From assembly GCF_964194155.1 (NCBI RefSeq), contig NC_135899.1, forward strand, positions 2,914,001 through 2,978,000: a stretch of DNA of 64,000 nucleotides. Direction: 5' to 3'. This document shows positions 37,650 to 49,444 of this stretch, piece after piece (within the stretch, counting starts at the first letter, position 1; every line of letters starts with the position of its first letter). The position numbers and the translations under genes were made by a program. The notes below the pieces were generated by a model. It was not told the origin of the DNA and ran no database searches. It was given only the letters and a program-made list of their open reading frames with translations. This DNA comes from Cetorhinus maximus (Eukaryota).

Positions 37650-37950
37650 AGCTGATCAGAATCTATTCCTCTTCCCCCTCATCCTTTCCCTAATTCGCCC
37701 CCAAACACTCCCGGGTCCCTGGGGAAATTTCTCCCGCTTTCCAGCGGTTTCTCCCCCGGACTCGATACTTCCAGAAGATTCTCCAAATCACGGTGTCTCG
37801 CGGGCCCGCCGCGCTCTCATTGGCCGCAGCTTCAGAACCTTCTCCAACATTCGGCGATGAGGTCACCGGACCGCGCGCTGATTGGCCCTGGCAGTCATCA
37901 ATCAGCCTCTGTATCGCCCACTCGGCCGCGCTGAGACGAAATAAAGGACA
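37650..37950 (+). promoter_or_regulatory. HSP70 copy 1 promoter: heat-shock elements, CCAAT boxes, degenerate TATA
   Basis: TTCcaGAAgaTTC at 37769-37781; GAAccTTCtccaacaTTC at ~37835-37852; ATTGG at ~37819 and ~37881; GAAATAAAG at ~37938 where the other copies have TATATAAA. Confidence 0.85.
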
Positions 37951-38230
37951 AGAGCTGTAAACCAGGGAGTTACAATTAATCGCCTGAGAGAAGGAATCAG
38001 TTGGAAGCTGGATTACTGCAAACGGAAGACTCGACAGCGGCCGCAGCAGCAGCGAAGAGCGACACTATTGTAATTGACTTTTATCAAGACAGAAGAGCAG
38101 TGAGCCAGGGAGTTATAATTGCCTTTTGGAATACACCAGTTGGCAGCTGGATTACAAAGCGGAAGACTTGGCAACAGTAGTAGCAACAGCAGCAGCGACT
38201 GAACTTCATTGACTTTTATCAAGACAGAAG

Positions 38231-40159
38231 ATGCCTGCAGCTAAGGGAACAGCCATTGGCATTGACCTGGGCACCACCTACTCCTGTGTGGGGGTCTTCC
38301 AACATGGCAAGGTGGAGATCATCGCCAATGACCAGGGCAACCGCACCACCCCCAGCTATGTGGCCTTCAACGACACCGAGAGGCTCATTGGAGATGCAGC
38401 CAAGAACCAGGTGGCCCTGAACCCTCCCAACACCGTCTTTGATGCCAAGAGGCTCATCGGGAGGAAGTTTGATGACCCGGTGGTCCAGTCTGATATGAAG
38501 CACTGGCCCTTCCAGGTGGTGAATGATGCAGGAAAGCCCAAGGTGAGGGTCGAGTACAAGGGTGAGGATAAAAAGTTCTACCCTGAGGAAATCTCTTCCA
38601 TGGTGCTGACCAAGATGAAGGAGACGGCTGAGGCTTACCTGGGACACACCGTCACCAATGCTGTTATCACGGTGCCGGCTTACTTCAATGACTCCCAACG
38701 GCAGGCAACCAAAGATGCCGGTGTGATCGCTGGTCTCAATGTCCTCCGTGTCATCAATGAGCCAACAGCAGCTGCCATTGCCTATGGCCTAGACAAGAAG
38801 GGCAGAGGAGATCATAATGTTCTCATCTTTGACTTGGGAGGGGGCACCTTTGACGTGTCTGTTCTCTCCATTGACGACGGTATCTTTGAAGTGAAATCGA
38901 CAGCGGGTGACACCCACTTGGGAGGAGAGGACTTTGATAATCGCATGGTCAATCACTTCATTGAGGAGTTCAAGCGTAAATACAAGAAGGACATCAGTCA
39001 AAACAAGAGGGCGGTCAGGAGACTGAGGACAGCCTGTGAAAGAGCAAAGAGAACCCTATCTTCCAGCACCCAAGCCAGTATTGAAATTGACTCTCTGTTT
39101 GAAGGCATAGACTTTTACACCTCCATCACCAGGGCTCGGTTTGAGGAGCTAAATTCTGACCTGTTCAGAGGCACTCTTGAACCAGTGGAGAAAGCTCTGA
39201 GAGACGCCAAGCTGGACAAATCGCAGATCCATGATGTTGTCTTGGTCGGGGGCTCCACTCGCATCCCCAAGATCCAGAAACTGCTGCAAGATTTCTTCAA
39301 TGGCAAGGAGCTGAACAAGAGCATCAATCCTGATGAAGCTGTGGCCTATGGAGCGGCTGTTCAAGCGGCTGTTCTGATGGGGGATAAGTCGGAGAATGTT
39401 CAGGATTTACTTCTCCTGGATGTCGCTGCCCTGTCTCTGGGTCTGGAGACAGCAGGAGGGGTGATGACTGCACTCATCAAGCGTAACACCACCATTCCCA
39501 CCAAGCAGACTCAGATCTTCAGCACCTACTCTGATAACCAGCCTGGTGTCCTTATTCAGGTGTATGAAGGAGAGAGAGCCATGACCAAGGACAACAATCT
39601 GCTGGGCAAATTTGAGTTGAGTGGTATCGCTCCTGCCCCTCGTGGGGTGCCACAGATCCAGGTCACCTTCGATATTGATGCCAACGGCATCCTTAATGTT
39701 TCTGCTGTTGACAAGAGCACAGGCAAAACAAACAAGATCACCATCAGCAATGACAAGGGAAGGCTGAGTAAGGAGGAAATTGAGAGGATGGTGCAGGATG
39801 CAGAAAAGTACAAAACTGAGGATGAAGTCCAGCGGCAGAGGATCGCAGCCAAGAACTCCCTGGAGTCCTACGCCTTCAACATGAAGAACGCAGTGGAGGA
39901 TGAGAACGTGAAAAATAAGATCAGTGAGGCAGATAAGAGGAAAATCATTAACCAGTGTAACCAGGCAATATTGTGGTTGGAGAACAATCAGATGGCAGAG
40001 AAGGAGGAGTTTGAGTACCAGCTGAGTGAGCTGGAAAAACTCTGTAAACCCATCATTGCCAACCTGTACCAAGGAGGAGCAACTGCAGGTGGAGGATCTT
40101 GCAGAGCCCAGGCTGGAAATGCCACATCCTCAGGTCCGACTGTGGAGGAGATGGATTAA
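38231..40159 (+). CDS. hsp70: Heat shock protein 70, intronless inducible type, copy 1 (C-terminus GPTVEEMD)
   Basis: 642-aa ORF with the signatures [22 protein letters not shown] and [15 protein letters not shown]; HSE promoter. Confidence 0.98.
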   Translation: MPAAKGTAIGIDLGTTYSCVGVFQHGKVEIIANDQGNRTTPSYVAFNDTERLIGDAAKNQVALNPPNTVFDAKRLIGRKFDDPVVQSDMKHWPFQVVNDAGKPKVRVEYKGEDKKFYPEEISSMVLTKMKETAEAYLGHTVTNAVITVPAYFNDSQRQATKDAGVIAGLNVLRVINEPTAAAIAYGLDKKGRGDHNVLIFDLGGGTFDVSVLSIDDGIFEVKSTAGDTHLGGEDFDNRMVNHFIEEFKRKYKKDISQNKRAVRRLRTACERAKRTLSSSTQASIEIDSLFEGIDFYTSITRARFEELNSDLFRGTLEPVEKALRDAKLDKSQIHDVVLVGGSTRIPKIQKLLQDFFNGKELNKSINPDEAVAYGAAVQAAVLMGDKSENVQDLLLLDVAALSLGLETAGGVMTALIKRNTTIPTKQTQIFSTYSDNQPGVLIQVYEGERAMTKDNNLLGKFELSGIAPAPRGVPQIQVTFDIDANGILNVSAVDKSTGKTNKITISNDKGRLSKEEIERMVQDAEKYKTEDEVQRQRIAAKNSLESYAFNMKNAVEDENVKNKISEADKRKIINQCNQAILWLENNQMAEKEEFEYQLSELEKLCKPIIANLYQGGATAGGGSCRAQAGNATSSGPTVEEMD

Positions 40160-40521
40160 AAGACTAGAAAGAATTAGGATGCACATTGGGAATCTGACAC
40201 ATCAAATTGTTGGACTCTTCTTCATTGAGCATGAAGATGTGTTGTTGTATTTCTGACTGACAGTGGAGGACTTTACTGGACTAGATGCTGCCAGATCTAC
40301 ACTGACTGTAATAGAAGGTGTGATGACAGTGCTGCTCTGTAAACTCTCTTCAGCCTGTGGCTGAACTGCTTGTTTTGATAAATTAATTTGCAGAATCCTA
40401 TTGAAGAGGATCAGTGTAGTTGGCATCTAGTTGTACTTGTTTTCTATGGAACTGTCCTCAATGTACAGGAAAAACTTTATTTATACTTGTTCACAGCTGG
40501 ACTGAATTTTAAAAAAAATAT

Positions 40522-40527
40522 AATAAA
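40522..40527 (+). terminator. Polyadenylation signal, HSP70 copy 1
   Basis: AATAAA ~360 nt after the stop, followed by a GT/T-rich tract; positionally conserved in all three copies. Confidence 0.7.
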
Positions 40528-41460
40528 TGTTTTATTAACTGAATTATTTGTTTGTGGTGGTTTCTGACAAGAATATCCTTCTGAATATGTGCTTTGAAAT
40601 ATTCATTTTTCCACTGCCAACTTATTTCCCGTACAATTTTGACACCATCCTCATAGGTTATTTAAACTCCGGTTCAATCAACAACAAGATTTGCATATCA
40701 TGTAGCTCCTTTTGCAAGTTAAACATTTTAAAATGGTTCTCTTCCAATGAAATACTATTCCTGAAGTGAAGTCAATTAATTAAAAATTAAATGTGAAAAC
40801 TTTTTTAAAAACTCTGGTTACGAAACAAATTCTTATTTAACTCATTCATGGGATGAGGGCATCATGGCTCGGCCAGCATTTATTGTCCATTCCTAATTGC
40901 CCTTGATTTGCCTTCATGAACTGCTGTGTTCCATATTGCAATATCTTCCCTGGTGTCAATTAAATGATTACATTCAGGGAGAAGGGAAAAAATTCTATGT
41001 TGCAAATTATAGGGAAGCTACAAGCCCTGCAAGGTTGGGTACTGTCTTCAACTACAAATTCAGCACATGGTAGACTGGATCTCCCTCTCCAGTTCATGCA
41101 AGTGCCTTGGGATGTTTAACTATGTTACAGGTGCTATATAACAGAGGTTGTTGTTGCTCTGGTCAGAAATACAATACACAGGCAGACACACCACTGACAC
41201 ATTATATGCTGTCTGCTGCTCAGAGATCAAACCAAATCAAGCTGGCCAAACAAATCAAAATTCTGGGTGTTAAATGTTTATCCAATTTCTTTCAGTTCTC
41301 TTAATAATTATTAGATATGATTTTGCTCATCAGCCAGGAACATTGCTTGTCTTCAGAATCTGCTCTGCCTCCTATTAAAACATTCCCTGTTCTGTTTCTG
41401 CTAAAAGATAGATTGAATTGTGACTGATAACACCAGTGCAGAAAGTTCAAGAGCAGAGAA

Positions 41461-41497
41461 GCAGCAGTTTCCATGCCAGGACAGTAGGTGGCAATGT
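41461..41497 (+). promoter_or_regulatory. Putative CTCF site downstream of HSP70 copy 1 (homologues at ~56088-56124 and ~63533-63569)
   Basis: gcagcagtttccatgccAGGACAGTAGGTGGCAAtgt: one mismatch to the core CCASYAGRKGGC, plus an upstream GCAGT module; conserved in all three units. Confidence 0.5.
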
Positions 41498-44230
41498 TGC
41501 ACTCTGCAACTGTTAACCAAGTGCACTCAATGGCAGGAACACAGGTAATTGGAGGAGGACATTCGGCCCCTCAGGCTTTCTCCACCATTCAACCCGATCA
41601 TGGCTGATCTACCTGGACGTCACTTTCCCGCGCTCTCCCCATATCTCTTCATGTCTTTAAAATCTAGAAGCCTATCAATCTCTGTCTTGAACATAATCAA
41701 TGACTGAGCCCCCCACTGCCAATAAGACCATTAAAAGGCTCAATATATATGTTGACTTCAACAGCACAAGATATCTTGAGACTTTGGCAGCCAGAATGTA
41801 CCACAGGATTCCCTCCCGACACCTCTTCGCTTTGTTTAAGACCCTGTTCAAACCCTACCTACAACAGGATATCTGGTCATACAACAGGGAGATTGATCTG
41901 AACGCTAAACTTTGATGGCAGCCTCATGACGGTTAGGAGTTCAAAATCCACTCCAGGTGTTTGAACACATAAGGTAGGCTGACGCTCCCAATGCTGCACT
42001 GAAGCAGTGCGGCTAAGGCAGATGTGCCGGCTTTCCGTTGAGATGTTCAACTGAGGCCCTGTCGACAATCAGGTGGACTTAAAAGATCCCTTGGCCCTAG
42101 TTCAATGAAGAGCCGGGGTGTACTCCCAGAGTCCTGGCCAAGATCTAGCCCTCGATCAATCTGGTCATTTGACTCCAAGTCACGTAAATAGATACTAGGT
42201 CAGATCAGCAAAAGCTTGTGCAGGTGTCTTGTAAGAGAGAGAGGAAAGGAGGCAATGAGGTTAAGGGAGGGATTGCCAGATCTGAGGGACAGGACAACCA
42301 AAGGTATGTCTTCCAGTGGTGGACTGAAAATAGTCTGGGTTGCACAAGACGTCAGAATTGGAAGTGCAGTGAAATCTCAGAGGGCTGTAGGGCCAGCAAG
42401 GTTACAGAAATAGGGAGGGGCAAGGCCATAAACATGAGAATGAGAATATTAAACTTAAGACCTGGCATGATCTTCTCAAATGACTGAGTAGGCTTGAGGG
42501 GCCAAACAGCCTACTGCCGCTCCTAATTCCTATGTATTTATGTTTGCTTCTACATATGATCTAGAAGCTCATGTAGCTCAGTGAACACAGGGATTATGAG
42601 TGAATGGGCTTAGATGTGAGTGTTGATCGTTGTCAGTTCTTTTTCCTGCCCGATGAGATCAGGGGCTCTGCATTAAACCGGTCATACAAACAGTCACTGT
42701 TAGCTAAAGTGAGAGAGTGTTTTTCACTCTCCAAGGTGCACACCATTCTGACATGGAAATATCTCACCATCCCTTCACTCTTTCTGGGTCACAATCCTGG
42801 AAATTCTTTCCTAACAACACTGTGGGTGTCCCTACACCATATGGACTGCAGTGGTTCAAGAAGGTTGTTCACCACCACTTTCTCAGGGGTAATTTGGTGT
42901 GGTAATAAATGAGACTTTGCCAGTGATGTTCAGCTATCATGTGCAAACATCAAAAGAGTAAGAGGAAGTACCAAAGGATACGCTCAAGAATCAAGCCTAA
43001 CCATGTCTGGCATTGATTGCTGTGTAATCTTGTGCATTTTACAGAGTTCCAGTGCAATTATGCACCTGACAGGATTGTGCAGCTGTCCCTGCCATCAATG
43101 GCAACAAATTCTATTCATGTTCTGCTCTAATTTAATAAAAGATCTCAAGGAGTTTCGCAGGAGTGCAATGAAGCAAATTTAAACACTGAGCCACATATGA
43201 CGATATAATGGCAGATTGCCAAAAGATTGGCCAAAGATGGAGGTTATAAACGAGACAGAAGGCTGTATATGTGTAGGGAGGGAATTTCAGAGCTTGAGGC
43301 TTAGACAGCTGAAGTGGTGGCCACCAATATTAGAGCAATTAAGATCAGGGAGGCTTAAGATGGCAGAATCAGAATGCAGATATCTCAGAGAGTTATGTGG
43401 CTAGAGGAGATTCCTAAGGTAAGGAAGAGTGAGGTAAAGGAGGCATTTGTAAACAAGGTTGAGATTTTTAAAATCAAGGTGTTGCCTGAACAAGAGTCAC
43501 TGTAGCTCAGTAAGCAGAGAAGTGATAGGGGAACAGAACTTGACGAGAGTTAAGGCCGAATTTTGAGTTATCTCGAATTTACAACATGTAAGATGTGAGA
43601 GACCAGTCAGATTTGCGCTACAATAGTCAGGTCTAGAGGTAGCAAAGTCATGAATGAAGAACGTAGGAACAGGAATACTTGGTGGGCGTTTAGCCCACCA
43701 AGCCTACTCCGCCATTCAATTAGATCATGGCTGATCATCTACTTCAATGCCTTATTCCCACATTATCCCCATATCCCTTTATATTATTGGTATTTAGAAA
43801 TCTGTCAATCTCTGCTTTAGCCATACTCAATGACTGAGATTCCACAGCCCTCTGAGGTAGAGAATTCCAAAGATTCACAACCCTCCATATAAAAATACTT
43901 CTCCTCATCTTGGTCCTAAGTGGTTTACCCTTTATTTTGAGATTGTGTCCCCTGGTTCGAGACTCGCCAACCTGTCTTTCCCTTCAAGTATTCTGTGGGT
44001 TCCAATGAGATCATCTCTCAAACTTTGAAACTCTGGAGAATACAGGTCTAGTTTCCCCAATCTCTCTTCATGTCCTGCCTACCCTGGGACAAGTCTGGTG
44101 AACCTTCCTCGCACTCCCTCTATGGCAATAATATCCTTCTGAGGTAAGGGGGCCAAAACTGCACACGGTACTCCAGGTGCGGTCTAAGCAAGGTTTTACT
44201 ACTCCTGTACTCAAATCCTGTTGCAATGAA

Positions 44231-44368
44231 ACTCTTTCGAGTTATCAACAGTCACAGATTGCAACTCTTTCGAGTACAATCACAGTTCTTGGTTTCCGGG
44301 AGTGGGTCATGAACCCACAACCCTCTGATTCAAAGGCGAGGGTGCTATGAACTGAGCCACAGTTGACA
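44231..44368 (-). mobile_element. Second copy of the mini-SINE, inside a CR1 remnant
   Basis: 3 mismatches to 37128-37265 by eye; no TSD visible. Confidence 0.75.
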
Positions 44369-45512
44369 AACATACCATTAGTCTTCCTAATTGCTTGCTG
44401 CACCTTCATGTTAGCTTTGAGTGACTAATTGAAGAGGGCACCAAAGTCCCTTTCTATCTCTAGACTTTCCGATCTCTTACCATTGAGGAAATACTCTGCA
44501 CATCTATTCCTTCTACCAAAGTGGATAACCTCACATTTTTCCTCATTATATTCCATCTTCCATGTTCTTGCCCACTCACTAAGTCTGTCAAAATCCTCTT
44601 GGAACCACTTTACATCTTCCTCACAACACATTCCCATCTAGCTTCGTGTCATCCCCAAACTCGGAAATATTACATTTCCCCACATCCAAATCATTGATAT
44701 ATATTGTGAACAGCTGGGGTCCAAGCACTAATGCTTGCAGTACCCCACTAGTCACAGCCTGCCAACGCGAGAATGATCCATTTATTCCTACTCTCTGTTT
44801 TCTGCCTGTTAGCCAATCCTTAATTCATGCCAGTATATTACCTCCTAGCCCATGTGCTTTAATTTTGCTAACCAACCACCTATCATGGACTTTATCAAAA
44901 GTCTTATGAAAATCCAAATACACTATGTCCACAGACTCTCCTTTATCAATTCTATTAGTACCACCCTCAAAGAACTCAAACAGGTTCATCAAACATGATT
45001 TCCCATTCACAGATCCATGTTGAAGATACTCAATCAAGTTATTATCATCCAAGCATCCACTGATCACATCCTTAATAATTGATTCTCACATTTGCCCTAC
45101 CACTGATGCAATGCTAACAGGTTTGTAGTGGAGTGACATTTGCTACCTTCCAATCAACAGGAACTGTTCCAGAATCTATAGAATTTTGGAAGATGATCAC
45201 CAATGCATCCACTAATCCCATAGCTGCCACTTTCAACATCTGGGATGTAGAATATCAGGTCCCAGGGACTTATCAACCTTCAGTCCCATTAATTTCTCCA
45301 ATAAAACCTTCTTACTAATACTGATTTCCTTCAATTCCTCATTCTCCCTCATCCCCTGGATCTCAAATTCTGAGAGATTTCTTGCATCTTCAGTGAAAAC
45401 AGACACAGATTAATCATTTACCTTCTCTGCCATTTCTCTATTCCTCATTATAAATTCTCCTGGCTCTGCCTGTGGTGGACCCACATTTGTCTTAGCCAAA
45501 CATTTCCTCATA

Positions 45513-46692
45513 CCTTCCTCTCCCTCCCAGAACCATGATAGGGCCCCCCTTGTCCTCACTTATCACCCCACCGGCCTCCACATTTAAAGGATTATCCTCC
45601 ATCATTTCCGCCAACTCCAGCATGATGCCACCACCAAATACATCTTCCCTTCACCCCCCTGGCGGCATTCGCAGGGATCGTTCCCTCCGGGACACCCTGG
45701 TCCACTCCTCCATCACCCCCTACACCTCAACCCTCTCCCATGGCACCTTCCCATGCAACCGCAGAAGGTGCAACACCTGCCCCTTTACTTCCCCTCTCCT
45801 CACCATCCAAGGGCCCAAACACTTCTTTCAAGCGAAGCAGCATTTCACTTGCACGTCACTCAATTTAGTCTACTGCATTCGCTGCTCCCAATGCAGTTTC
45901 CTCTACATTGGAGAGACCAAACGCAGACTGGGTGACCACTTTGCGGAACACCTTCGGTCTGTTTGCAAGCAAGACCCAGGCCTCCCTGTCGCTTGCCATT
46001 TCAACACACCACCCTGCTCTCATGCACACATGTCCATCCTTGGCCTGCTGCAATGTTCCAGTGAAGCTCAACACAAACTGGAGGAACAGCACCTCATCTT
46101 CCGACTAGGCACTTTACAGCCTTCCGGACTGAATATTGAGTTCAACAACTTTAAATCATGAACTCTCTCCTCCATCCCCACCCACTTTCCGATCCCCCTT
46201 TTTTCCAATAATTTATATAGATTTTTCTTTTCGTACCTATTTCCATTATTTTTAAATGTATTTCCATCCATTGTTTTATCTCTACCTTTTAGCCTATTTC
46301 GATCCCTTCCCCCCGCCCCACCCCCACTAGGACTATCTGTCCCTTGCTCATCCTGCTTTCTACCCTTAATGTCACCTATTAGCACATTTTTTAGCTAATA
46401 TCACCACCATCAACACCTCTTTGTCCTTTTGTCTCCGACATCTTTTGGCTATCTCCACCTATCACTGGCCCTCTATCCAACTCTACCTGTCCCACCCCCC
46501 CACCCCCCCACCTCCCCCTTAAACCAGCTTATATTTCACCTCTCTTCTATTTTTCCTTAGTTCTGTTGAAGAGTCATATAGACTCGAAACGTTAACTGTG
46601 TTCCTCTCCACTGATGCTGTCAGACCTGCTGAGTTTTTCCAGGTATTTTTATTTTTGTTTTGGATTTCCAGCATCTGCACTTTTTTGCTTTT
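45513..46692 (+). mobile_element. Penelope-like retroelement 3, 5'-truncated (GIY-YIG + 3' pLTR)
   Basis: ORF 45535-46161 is homologous to the C-terminus of elements 1 and 2; same 3' UTR and hammerhead motif. Confidence 0.88.
46558..46598 (+). ncRNA. Hammerhead-like motif in Penelope element 3 (core CUGUUGA)
   Basis: agtt-CTGTTGA-a-gagtc atata gactc-GAAAC-GTT-aact; perfect 5-bp stem II. Confidence 0.65.
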
Positions 46693-47404
46693 ATTTCCTT
46701 TGTACATATCTATAGAAGCTTTTACAGTCCATTTTTATGTTTTTTGCTCATTTACATTCTTATTCTATTCTCCCATTCTTCATCAGTTTCTTGGTCCTCC
46801 TTTGCTGTATTCTAAAATGCTCCCAATCCTCAGGTTTACTATTCCTTCTGGCATTTTATAGGCCTTTTCTTTTAATCTTATACAATCCTTAACTTCCTTT
46901 GTTAGCCACGGTTGACTGACTTTTCTTCTTGGCTTATGTGCCTTGAAGGAATGTATAGTTTCTGTAAACAATATAATTCTTTAAAAACTATCCATTGCCT
47001 ATGTACTGTCATAACTTTTAATGTATTTTCGCAATCCATCTCCACCAATTTGCCCCTTGCACCTTCATAATCTCCTTTGTTCAAATTTAACACCTTGGCT
47101 TCAGATTGACCTACTTCACTTTCAAACATAATGTAAAATTCTACCATATTACAGTCACTGAGACCTAAAGGTTCTTTTACAAGATTACTAATTAGCCCTT
47201 TCTCATTACATTATATTAGATCTATAATATCCTGTTCTCTGGTCAGTTCCACAACATACTAATCTAGAGATCATCTCTAACACGCTCCAGAAACTCTTCG
47301 TCCACAACATTGAGTTCTTATTAGGTTTACCCAGCCTATATGCAGATTGAAGTCACCCTTGATTACTGTATTACCCATGCTACATGCATCATTAATCTTG
47401 AGTA

Positions 47405-48925
47405 TTGCTGAAAAAAGACATTTTGTCTAAGCTTTTCATCTTGCACTCATCAGGACAATTGCAAGAATACCAATGTCAGGGGAAGCAACAACTTTATACT
47501 GTATGAGAAGTGAGTGCCGATTGGTTGGTAAGTGGACTCTGACTGGTAGAGGCATTGCCATGGAAAATGCACTAGTACTCAGTGACTGACAGTTAACTGC
47601 CAAATATTGTTTGAAATTTAAACCAGACAGCTTGACTCTGATTGGTCAAGGCATTGCCCTGAGGAAAGAGCCAGCGAATGGCCATCACTTATTTTGTTTA
47701 GCTGAAACAGGCGCAATGTGTGTACATGTTCTTTCTGCTCTGCAAAGTACAGAGCCCTGTGTATTAATATATGTAGCTTCCAGTACATGCAAATGTGCCA
47801 CACTGCGGATCAAATTGACAAACTTAAATTGGTTGTCAGCATAATTTCTAGCACACTGAAGCATATTTAGCAAATGTTGTCCAATCACGGAGTGACAGCT
47901 AATGTTAGACACTGCGTTTTGAGTTTTTCAAGCACGGGCTGGATCAATGCGCTCTGTACCTTGGTGCTATGAACAGCAGAAGGGACATGATGTTTGATAT
48001 GATCCGCCAGCCTTAGGGATGTAGGGCCTACATACCTAACATCACACTGGCACTGGAATTCTTTTACCACGTTACTCATTTGTGTGATAGGCAGAATGCC
48101 TTTTCGGCTTGACAGCAGCATCCTGTTAGTGGTGAATACCACTCCTGTTGCTACTTTGTAGTAGCAGCGTGAAGCAGCTAGCTTCACCTGTTGCTCAAAT
48201 TTTTGAGATACCTTTCCCTTCCAGAGTAATTTGAGGTAGACTAGACACTTTTCAGAGCTGAAAATAATGGCCTTAGTTCATGGGTTTGCACAATATACAG
48301 CACAATATGATTTGATCCGGGTCGCCATTATCCCAGAGGATATTTCAGCATCAAGATTGCATGGCGAACAAATAGCTTGGGCCCTATTTACGAGTTTGCC
48401 GACAAGGCCAATTTTATAGCACATGGAATGTAAGAATGCCATGGAATGTAAGAATACCATGGAATGTAAGAATGCCCAAGTATATATTGACCAGTAAAGG
48501 TAGGCTTGAGGTAGGCCATGGTAGAGAACCCTCTGGCAGATTTCTCAACTAGTACATCAAGGAAAAGGAGTTCATTTGACTGCTCTATTTCAAAGGTGAA
48601 TCTGAGAGCAAGATGGAGCACCTTAAGACATGCAAGAAAATTATTACTTTCTGCTACGGATTCAAATATAGCAAACGTATCATCCACATATTGGAAATAT
48701 GCAAAAGGCAGGAGTTAGCTCTCACTCCATCGAAGAATCGTTTCTCATGGAGCCGAAAAAAGATGTTTGTAAGAGCTGGGCCTAGAGGGGATCCTATGGC
48801 AACACCATCTATTTGGGCATACATGGTGTCGTTAAAGCTGAACTCAACTGCACGAGTTGCTGAGTTCATAAGCTCAATGGATGCTGATTAACACGATGGT
48901 CATGGGTCTAGATCACCATCCCCCA
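47405..48925 (-). mobile_element. Penelope-like retroelement 4, a different (Poseidon/Penelope-like) family, degenerate
   Basis: Fragments FSFNDTMYAQIDGVAIGSPLGPALTNIF, DDTFAIF, FLDVLVEK...KPTFTGQY and a GIY-YIG-like NVVKEFQCQCDVRYVGPTSLRL; hammerhead motif at the 3' end. Confidence 0.8.
47423..47458 (-). ncRNA. Minimal type I hammerhead ribozyme motif (canonical core)
   Basis: ttgtc-CTGATGA-gtgcaagat-GAAA-agct-TA-gacaa: perfect stem I, palindromic AAGCTT stem III. Confidence 0.75.
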
Positions 48926-49444
48926 GACAAGCTATGTTAAACCCCCCCGACAGCACTAGCATCCCTGCAAGGATATTACTTTAAGGCGTAACTCTCTTGT
49001 ATGGGTCTCACCTGTCCCAGAACCAATCCCAATGCTTCAAAAATCTGATGCCCTCCCTCCTACACCAATTCTCTAGTCGTGCTCAATTGATCAATCCTCC
49101 TATTCATATGCTCACCCATACATCGCACTGGGTGTAATCCTAAAATCTGCTTTCAGGACCGCATCCTTCTTCTTACCTGTGTCGTTGGTACCAATGTAGA
49201 CCACGACCTCTGGCTGTTCACTCTCCCCCAGAAGGATGTCCTGCAGACGCTCCTTGACATCCTCAACCCTGGCACCTGGGAAGTAACATACCATCCTGGA
49301 CTCACGTTTACTGCCCAGAAACACAAGTCTGATCCCCTGACTATCAAATCTCCTGTCACTATTGCTCCTCCACGCTTCTTCCTCCCCTCCTATGCTGCTG
49401 AGCCACCCATGATGCCACAGACATTGCTCTGGCTGCACTCCCCT

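Noticed and set aside
48422-48476. 18-bp triple repeat (HSYIPW x3) inside Penelope element 4
   Set aside because: Local slippage in a dead element; no functional implication.
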